DNA of 32,000 nucleotides from Aquifex aeolicus VF5 (GTDB lineage: Bacteria; Aquificota; Aquificia; Aquificales; Aquificaceae), in the NCBI RefSeq assembly GCF_000008625.1, contig NC_000918.1, forward strand, positions 1,440,001 through 1,472,000, given 5' to 3'. Below are positions 26,261-32,000 of the stretch, in pieces; position 1 is the stretch's first letter; every line of letters begins with the position of its first letter. Both the position numbers and the translations under genes were made by a program. The notes below the pieces were generated by a model. That model ran no database searches. It was not told the origin of the DNA and worked only from the letters and a program-made list of their open reading frames with translations.

Positions 26261-27310
26261 AAGGGATTTTATACTCTCCTCCAGTGCTTCCAGAAACTTG
26301 TTGTTTTCTTCCGGTTTCCCTACGCTTACCCTGAGGCACTTTTGGAGTCCTTCCATGTAAGATACGTTCCTGACGAGGACATCCCTTTTCAGTAGCTCCT
26401 GATAAACCTCGTGGGCGGGGTAAGGCGTTCTGAAAAGCAAGAAGTTAGCCTTACTCGGAAAAACCTCAACTCCTTCTATTTTCTTCATTTCGTCGTACAT
26501 CCTTTCTCGCTCTTTTACAACCTCCTGTATCTTTTCCATTAGGAATTCTCTTCCCTCCGTGAGGAGAACTTTTGCCATCACCTGAGAGGGGTAGGTCACG
26601 TTGAAGGGGAGTCTCACCTTGTTAATTTCTGAGACGATTTCCCCCTTCCCTATTAAAATCCCTACCCTTAAACTCGCCATACCGATTTTTGAAAGTGTCC
26701 TCAAAACTACCGTATCTTCCCTTTTGAGCGCGTCTTCCAGAAAGGTTTCTCCGGAGTAATGATAGTAGGCTTCGTCTATTACACAGAAAACACCCCTGTT
26801 TCTTATCTCCTCAATCTTTCCCCTGGAAAAGAGGTTTCCCGTGGGGTTGTTTGGGTAAGCAAAGTACCCGAGAACGGGTTTTTCTTTCTCTATTAATTCA
26901 ATACTTCTTTCTAAGTCTATATCAAAGTTTTCGTCCAGTTGAACCTTTACGAGGGGTCTTCCGAGAACTTTCGCACTTATCTCGTACATGGGAAAGGTGG
27001 GAACAGGTATGTAAACGGGTATGTAAAGTTCACCTATAGCTATTGAGAGGTAGTATATGAGTTCGTCCGAACCGTTACCGAGAACTAAATTTTCTTCCTT
27101 AACGCCGAAAAAATCCGCAAGAACCGCTTTTAACTCTTTCGCTTCGGGGTCTGGGTATTTGTTCAAGGGAACCTTTTTTAATTCTTCTAAGGCCCTTTGT
27201 TTTATCTCCTCGGGAAAGTCGTAGGGGAATTCGTTAGAGGAAAGCCTGACGGAGGCGGGAGTGACCTCCGTCTTGTAAGCTTCAAGTTCCTTAATCCTCT
27301 GGGGTATCAT
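26246..27310 (-). CDS. hisC: Histidinol-phosphate aminotransferase
   Basis: 354 aa with class-II aminotransferase motifs: RLSSNEFPY, GNGSDELI, VIDEAYYHY and the PLP-lysine context RTLSKIGMASLRVG. Confidence 0.9.
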   Translation of the reverse strand: MIPQRIKELEAYKTEVTPASVRLSSNEFPYDFPEEIKQRALEELKKVPLNKYPDPEAKELKAVLADFFGVKEENLVLGNGSDELIYYLSIAIGELYIPVYIPVPTFPMYEISAKVLGRPLVKVQLDENFDIDLERSIELIEKEKPVLGYFAYPNNPTGNLFSRGKIEEIRNRGVFCVIDEAYYHYSGETFLEDALKREDTVVLRTLSKIGMASLRVGILIGKGEIVSEINKVRLPFNVTYPSQVMAKVLLTEGREFLMEKIQEVVKERERMYDEMKKIEGVEVFPSKANFLLFRTPYPAHEVYQELLKRDVLVRNVSYMEGLQKCLRVSVGKPEENNKFLEALEESIKSLSSSL

Positions 27311-27561
27311 TCCGTTGCAGGTTGTTCGGTTTCCTCAGTTTCTTCCGCTTCTTCCTTGTGTTCCCTTTCGGGTTTGGTCAGGTACATCTGGAGTTCTTCT
27401 ACTGTAGATTCTGCGAACTTATCCTCTATTATTCCCCTTATTAATTTATTCAACTTCTTTTCATCTCCCTGAGCTATACCAAGGAGTATGTAGTAAGTGC
27501 TCTTTGGAAGGGAAAGGGTAACCTTCCTGTACTTGGGTCCTGCTTTTCTTCTTCTTGCCAT
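27307..27561 (-). CDS. Ribbon-helix-helix (CopG/Arc-like) small DNA-binding protein with an acidic tail
   Basis: 84 aa. The basic N-terminus and predicted strand KVTLSLPKSTY are followed by two helices (YILLGIAQG..KLNKLIRGIIEDKF). The C-terminal tail is EEAEETEETEQPATE. The SD is strong (AAGGAGGTGGTATT-ATG), and the stop overlaps the hisC start (ATGA). Confidence 0.6.
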   Translation of the reverse strand: MARRRKAGPKYRKVTLSLPKSTYYILLGIAQGDEKKLNKLIRGIIEDKFAESTVEELQMYLTKPEREHKEEAEETEETEQPATE

Positions 27562-27574
27562 AATACCACCTCCT

Positions 27575-28078
27575 TTAAGTTTTTTCCTTGAATTTGTTGT
27601 TAAAGTCTATCGCGTGCTCCAATAACTCCTTGTAAACCCTGAAGGGCGTAAGAACAACCCTTATCCTTTCATTTTCCTCGGGAATTAAACAAAAGGCTTC
27701 ATCCAGTATGTCTATGAGTAATTGAAGTTTAGTGTTTACGGTGTCTATGAGTGCGAGCCTTTCGAGTTCCCTTTCTATCTCCTCGGGAATTGCGGAGAGG
27801 AACGTAACGTCAAAGTTAAAGACTTCGTACTCGTCGTAAATGTGATCCAAAACTTCGTCGGTTTTTAGTAGAAATAGCTCTTCAATCTTCAGTATGAAAT
27901 CTTCCACAACCTTTTTTTCTTTTTCCTCTAAAACCGATTCCGCTATTAACCTCGTTTCGTCTATATCCGCCTTCAGTTCTTCCCTTATACCAGTCAAAAG
28001 GTCAAGGGCAAACCTGAGCAGTCTGTCGTATATCAGTAATCTCTCAAGCGTTTTTAATTTACGAGTTTTTTCCTCCAT
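27575..28078 (-). CDS. Acidic, predicted all-helical hypothetical protein
   Basis: 167-aa ORF with a GAGGAG SD 4 nt upstream of the ATG. It overlaps the upstream Toprim gene by 20 nt. I recognise no motif. Confidence 0.55.
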   Translation of the reverse strand: MEEKTRKLKTLERLLIYDRLLRFALDLLTGIREELKADIDETRLIAESVLEEKEKKVVEDFILKIEELFLLKTDEVLDHIYDEYEVFNFDVTFLSAIPEEIERELERLALIDTVNTKLQLLIDILDEAFCLIPEENERIRVVLTPFRVYKELLEHAIDFNNKFKEKT

Positions 28079-28415
28079 TTATCTCCTCTATATGAATTAT
28101 ATTCCATTTCTTCAAAAAATTTCTAAAATTTTCGTCAACTAAAAAACCCTGTGAACTTAAAAGTTCCTTCATTTTTTGATTTATCCTTTCGCCGTGAGTA
28201 TCAAGGTCAAACAGAAGTATCACCTTTTCCCACTTTCCCTCCAGCATATCCACAACATCGGCGTACCTCTTTCCCGACAAATCAATAACGTTCTTTATAG
28301 AGAACTTTGAAAGAGCTTTTTTATCGTTTTTCCCTTCAACGAGGATCACAGCTTCCCTGGAGGCTTTTTTTAACTCCTTTATCCATTCACTCAGGTTTCT
28401 TGGTTCTTTCGTCAT
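28059..28415 (-). CDS. Stand-alone small Toprim-domain protein (small primase-like / RNase M5 N-terminal-domain-like)
   Basis: 118 aa. The conserved Toprim glutamate lies in ILVEGKNDKKAL and the DxD acidic cluster in LLFDLDTHGERI. The start has an ATGA overlap with the upstream gene's stop. Confidence 0.7.
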   Translation of the reverse strand: MTKEPRNLSEWIKELKKASREAVILVEGKNDKKALSKFSIKNVIDLSGKRYADVVDMLEGKWEKVILLFDLDTHGERINQKMKELLSSQGFLVDENFRNFLKKWNIIHIEEINGGKNS

Positions 28416-28963
28416 CTTTTCAGTTCGCCCTTTCTCTGTTCCTTTAGACTTTCCCTTTCGCTCCTTTCCCTTTTCGTGATTTCCCTGTGTTCAAACTTCA
28501 AGTACTCCATGTAACTCTTTTCGAGTAGAACGTACGTAAGTCCTAGAGCGAGCAGTAGGGCTCCGAAACCGAGCAAATCCCAGAAGGTAAACCTGTGCTC
28601 AAAAACAATCAGAATTATCTCCCTGACAACGAACACTATACCGGCCTCTATAATTTGTCTCTTTCTTATCCTCCTGAACTCAAGGACGTCTATGAAAACC
28701 TTAAAGAGTTCAATTAAAACGAAGAAGTTAAGGATATTTCTAACGAGAAGTTTAAAAGCTTTGTCGTACTCCTCCGCCACTGCTCCGTGGAGGAAGTAAT
28801 CCACAAATAGCCTGAGGTCGTAAAATATTATGGCGATAGCTATAAGCAGAGTCAGCATTAGGATGGGAATCATTAGAATGGCAACGAAGTTAACGAACTT
28901 GTTGTAAATGTCCACCATTTTGCATATGAATTCGTAACTCGTTATTTTTTCTAAGAGTTTCAT
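28412..28963 (-). CDS. Integral membrane protein, PsiE-like (phosphate-starvation-inducible E family resemblance), with a charged C-terminal tail
   Basis: 183 aa with about 4 TM helices (AILMIPILMLTLLIAIAIIFY, ILNFFVLIELFKVFI, AGIVFVVREIILIVF, LLGFGALLLALGLTYVLL) and a K/E/R-rich tail. The family assignment rests on pattern only. Confidence 0.5.
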   Translation of the reverse strand: MKLLEKITSYEFICKMVDIYNKFVNFVAILMIPILMLTLLIAIAIIFYDLRLFVDYFLHGAVAEEYDKAFKLLVRNILNFFVLIELFKVFIDVLEFRRIRKRQIIEAGIVFVVREIILIVFEHRFTFWDLLGFGALLLALGLTYVLLEKSYMEYLKFEHREITKRERSERESLKEQRKGELKR

Positions 28964-28982
28964 AAAAACTTATTTTAGCGGT

Positions 28983-28988
28983 TATAAT
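28983..28988 (+). promoter_or_regulatory. Candidate -10 element (TATAAT) for the 29025 gene
   Basis: A perfect TATAAT at 28983-28988 lies in the divergent intergenic region, with a weak -35 (TTCATA at 28959-28964, 18-nt spacer). A GGAGG SD at 29012-29016 and the ATG at 29025 lie downstream. Confidence 0.3.
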
Positions 28989-29024
28989 TAAATGTTTACC
29001 GAGAGCTTTGAAGGAGGTAATGGA

Positions 29025-29498
29025 ATGAAATTCACAGAAGGAAAGGTAAAGGTGGTGGCAAATGACGTCAAAAACTTAACCCAAGCCCTAGAAGGTTACA
29101 TACAGAAAGCTTTCTTTGAAGGAAAAGACATCTGTGCGAGCGGTGGACTCGTTTTAAAAACAACGAACAAACTCGCCCAAAAGCTAAGTGAGCTTAAAGA
29201 AATACTCCCTCAGGTTAAAGTTATCTCCGATGAAGTAAAGGCAAAGGCGGAGGAGATAATAAAGAAGGCGGAGGAAACCCTTCAAAAAGGTCTGGAGATA
29301 AAGAAGAGAGTAAAGGAGTTTGAAGCAGCTACGAACGTTTACAAAAAGAATCCCTCCGAGGAAAACAAGAAGAGGGTTGAGACCGCCCTCAACAACCTCA
29401 AGTACCCCGAAGGTGCAAAACTTACCCTTGAAGATTACGTTAAGAACTGCAATCCCTACAAAAAGTACTTACAGAAAAGGGTTGAACAGAAGGCTTAA
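29025..29498 (+). CDS. Lys/Glu-rich predicted coiled-coil hypothetical protein
   Basis: The ORF is open from the ATG at 28992 (168 aa). The ATG at 29025 is preceded by GAAGGAGGT at optimal spacing, so I prefer the 157-aa form ([14 protein letters not shown]...). I see no signal peptide, TM helix or known motif. Confidence 0.55.
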
Positions 29499-29515
29499 AT
29501 TTTTCCTCTTTTCTG

Positions 29516-29543
29516 TTGACTTTTCTTATTTGAGAAATATTTT
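29516..29543 (+). promoter_or_regulatory. Candidate sigma70-type promoter for leuA
   Basis: TTGACT (29516-29521), then 16 nt, then TATTTT (29538-29543). GGAGG at 29554-29558 and the ATG at 29564 follow. Confidence 0.35.
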
Positions 29544-29563
29544 CAATAACCATGGAGGCGAAA

Positions 29564-31126
29564 ATGGGCGAAAAGGTCTACATATTCGACACCACTCTGA
29601 GAGACGGAGAACAGGCTCCCGGTTTTTCCATGACCACGGAAGAAAAGCTACAGATGGCTCATCAGCTCGCAAAACTCAACGTAGATATTATAGAGGCTGG
29701 ATTTGCAGCAGCGTCCAAGGGGGACTTTGAAGCCGTAAACAGGATAGCAAAAGAAGTCAAAGGTCCTGTTATATGCTCCCTTGCAAGGGCACTCGAAAGT
29801 GACATAGAAATTGCCGCAAAGGCACTCGAACCTGCGGAGAGAAAAAGGATACACACCTTCATAGCCACCTCTCCCATACATATGGAGTACAAACTCCGTA
29901 TGACGCCGGACCAAGTTTTAGAGAGAATTAAAAAAGCTGTTTCCTTTGCGAGGAACTTCACCGACGACGTTGAGTTTTCCTGCGAAGACGCCACGAGAAG
30001 CGAGAGGGAATTTCTCTACAGGGCCATAGAAACAGCCATCAAGCACGGGGCAACCGTTATAAATATCCCAGACACAGTGGGATACGCCATACCCGAGGAG
30101 TTCGGTCAATTAATAGAGGACATAATGAACAACGTCCCGAATATAGATAAGGTTATTCTGAGCGTTCACTGTCACGACGACCTCGGACTTGCCACTGCAA
30201 ACTCCCTGACCGCGGTAAAACACGGGGCCAGACAGGTTGAATGTACCATAAATGGGATAGGGGAAAGAGCTGGAAACGCAGCTCTTGAAGAGGTGGTAAT
30301 GGCACTAAAAGTGAGAAAGGACTTTTTCGGAGACCTTTACACCGATGTGAATACGAAAGAGATTTACAAAACTTCCAGACTGCTTTGTAGGATTACAGGA
30401 AACTTCGTTCAGCCTAACAAGGCAATCGTCGGGGATAACGCCTTTGCCCACGAGAGCGGAATACACCAGCACGGAGTACTCAGCCACAGAATGACCTACG
30501 AGATAATGAACCCCGAAGACGTTGGATTCCCCATGAGCAGAATAGTTCTCGGAAAGCACAGCGGAAGACACGCCCTGAAGAGAAGACTTGAAGAACTCGG
30601 CTTTAAGTTCACCAAAGAAGAACTCGACAGGATATTCGAAAAGTTCAAGGAGCTTGCCGACAGAAAGAAGGAAGTTTACGACGAAGACCTCGAAGCACTA
30701 ATATACCAGGAGTTCATGAAGATAGAGGACCACGAACCCGTAAAGGTTCTCCACTTTCAAGTTCAAAGCGGTGATAACATGATACCGACAGCAACGGTAA
30801 AGCTCGAGTTTAAAGGAGAAGAGAGGGAAGCGAGTTCCACAGGAAACGGACCCGTTGACGCGACCATTAAAGCAATTCAGAAAGCCCTCGGCATAGAACC
30901 TAAACTCCTGGACTACTCAATTAAAGCCCTCACTCCCAACACGGACGCTCAGGCAGAGGCAAGGGTAGTCTTGGAGCTTGACGGGGTGAAAGCCTCCGGA
31001 AGGGGTGTGGATACAGACATAATAAAGGCGAGTGTTAAGGCGTTTACCGACGCCCTGAATAGGGCTATAGTCAGGAAAGAGTACATAATCCAGAGACAGG
31101 AAATCAGAGAAGAAGGTACCGTTTGA
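29564..31126 (+). CDS. leuA: 2-isopropylmalate synthase
   Basis: The N-terminal motif [13 protein letters not shown], the motif [14 protein letters not shown] and the C-terminal LeuA dimerisation/regulatory domain are present. The ORF opens at the ATG at 29552, but the GGAGG SD favours the ATG at 29564 ([11 protein letters not shown]). Confidence 0.93.
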   Translation: MGEKVYIFDTTLRDGEQAPGFSMTTEEKLQMAHQLAKLNVDIIEAGFAAASKGDFEAVNRIAKEVKGPVICSLARALESDIEIAAKALEPAERKRIHTFIATSPIHMEYKLRMTPDQVLERIKKAVSFARNFTDDVEFSCEDATRSEREFLYRAIETAIKHGATVINIPDTVGYAIPEEFGQLIEDIMNNVPNIDKVILSVHCHDDLGLATANSLTAVKHGARQVECTINGIGERAGNAALEEVVMALKVRKDFFGDLYTDVNTKEIYKTSRLLCRITGNFVQPNKAIVGDNAFAHESGIHQHGVLSHRMTYEIMNPEDVGFPMSRIVLGKHSGRHALKRRLEELGFKFTKEELDRIFEKFKELADRKKEVYDEDLEALIYQEFMKIEDHEPVKVLHFQVQSGDNMIPTATVKLEFKGEEREASSTGNGPVDATIKAIQKALGIEPKLLDYSIKALTPNTDAQAEARVVLELDGVKASGRGVDTDIIKASVKAFTDALNRAIVRKEYIIQRQEIREEGTV

Positions 31127-31395
31127 TGTGGAGAATTTTCTTCACAAGGTTCTTCGTAAGGTTTATCCTTTTCCCCCTCCTTGCTGTAATTATGGGAGTT
31201 CTTGTTCTGGGAACGATATTCTTCATAACATACACGTGGCTCATTTGGCAAACGATAAAGATAATGGACGAACACCCTTTACTCGGGTTTTTCTTCGTAA
31301 TCCTTGAGATACTCCTTCTGTCTTTAATAGCTCTTGCAGGTTTATACTTATTCGATAAGGTAAGGGAATTTTTTAAAGAAAGGAGGTTAATATGA
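31126..31395 (+). CDS. Small hydrophobic membrane protein (2-3 TM), unknown function
   Basis: 89 aa from the ATG at 31126, which overlaps the leuA TGA by 1 nt. TM segments are FILFPLLAVIMGVLVLGTIFFI and LLGFFFVILEILLLSLIALAGLYLF. Confidence 0.5.
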   Translation: MWRIFFTRFFVRFILFPLLAVIMGVLVLGTIFFITYTWLIWQTIKIMDEHPLLGFFFVILEILLLSLIALAGLYLFDKVREFFKERRLI

Positions 31396-32000
31396 AAAAG
31401 TTGTCTTTTATTTTACTCTCCGCAGCATTTGTTTACGCTTCATGCCCTGAACCCTCCAAATTTGAAGAGAAATTAAAAGAAATAACCCAAAGGGAGTGGA
31501 AAGTTCAGGCAGTATCTGAGGTAAAAGACCTGGGATTGTGTCAGGTGGTAGTAAAGAGAGGACTTGAACCCTTAGTTATTTACATGGACAAGGATATGAA
31601 CTACTTGATTACTGGAAACGTTATTGACCTCAAGAACGGCAAAAATCTAACTGCAGAAACCGTAAGGAAGTACGCAAAAGTATCCCCCGAAGTTTTGAAA
31701 GAGCTTGAAAAGATGACAGACCTCAAATTCGGAAAAGGAGACAAGTACGTTTACTTTATATCAGACCCCCACTGCCCTTACTGTAACAGACTTGCACCAA
31801 TACTGAAAAACTGGGCTGATAAAAATGACGTACAGATAAGGGTAATCTTCTACCCGCTTCCCTTCCACAAAGGAGCGGATGAAAAGGCTGCAAGCCTTAT
31901 ATGTAAAAAGGATGTAAAGTACGAGGAGCTTCACACAAAAGACAAGCCCGAAAAGGTTTGTGAGGAAGGAATGGAAAAGGTAAAGAAAAACGTAGAGTAC
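31392..32000 (+). CDS. Thioredoxin-fold thiol:disulfide interchange protein, DsbC/DsbG-like; the 3' end lies beyond the window
   Basis: The ATG at 31392 is preceded by AGGAGG (31381-31386) and has an ATGA overlap with the upstream stop. The frame stays open to base 32000. It has a signal peptide (MKKLSFILLSAAFVYAS) and the CPYC active site in the context YFISDPHCPYCNRL. Confidence 0.8.
   Translation, partial: MKKLSFILLSAAFVYASCPEPSKFEEKLKEITQREWKVQAVSEVKDLGLCQVVVKRGLEPLVIYMDKDMNYLITGNVIDLKNGKNLTAETVRKYAKVSPEVLKELEKMTDLKFGKGDKYVYFISDPHCPYCNRLAPILKNWADKNDVQIRVIFYPLPFHKGADEKAASLICKKDVKYEELHTKDKPEKVCEEGMEKVKKNVEY

Noticed and set aside
29499-29563. Possible leucine-responsive leader peptide, attenuator or T-box upstream of leuA.
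   Set aside because: Only about 50-65 nt are available. I found no Leu-codon-rich mini-ORF and no alternative hairpins, so the region is better explained as a simple promoter plus SD.
29320-29730. 136-aa ORF spanning the end of the 29025 gene, the leuA promoter region and the leuA start.
   Set aside because: It is out of frame with two well-supported genes, and its R/K/T/S-rich translation has no motif. It is best explained as a chance ORF.
1-32000. CRISPR arrays, IS elements, large repeats, rRNA or other structured ncRNA genes.
   Set aside because: Intergenic space is almost nil; the largest gap, 12905-13188, is filled by the two tRNAs and their promoter. By eye I found no regularly spaced direct repeats, no transposase- or integrase-like ORFs and no terminal inverted repeats.

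Overview
The window is a very compact, almost entirely coding stretch of bacterial chromosome. I count 34 protein-coding genes (two with apparent frame disruptions) and 2 tRNA genes, with no rRNA, CRISPR array, transposase or integrase. The 513-aa ORF at 21990-23531 matches, from memory, the LeuT Na+/amino-acid symporter of Aquifex aeolicus. The overall style also fits an Aquifex-type genome: K/E-rich proteins, 1-nt or 4-nt start/stop overlaps, and overlapping convergent gene ends. I could not run a search to confirm this. Most genes are housekeeping (rnr, recG, plsC, argB, obg, murD, trpF, sppA, hisC, leuA and others). Observations worth a second look:
- A tightly overlapped cassette of four unknown genes upstream of hisC: a PsiE-like membrane protein, a 118-aa stand-alone Toprim protein, an acidic helical protein and an RHH protein.
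- A TatD hydrolase fused to a radical-SAM domain.
- An HTH + TRASH/NosL-like putative metal-sensing regulator translationally coupled to a flagellar rod gene.
- A CDF metal exporter with a C-terminal NifX/NifB-like domain.
- Two single-base frame disruptions, one in the argB N-terminus and one in a SpoVG-like gene.
- A perfect TTGACA-N17-TATAAT promoter driving tRNA-Glu and tRNA-Val.
- A recurring arrangement of a -10-like hexamer about 8 nt upstream of SD-less start codons, which suggests leaderless mRNAs.

None of these is proven to be a novel system. All functional calls rest on motifs I read in the translations.
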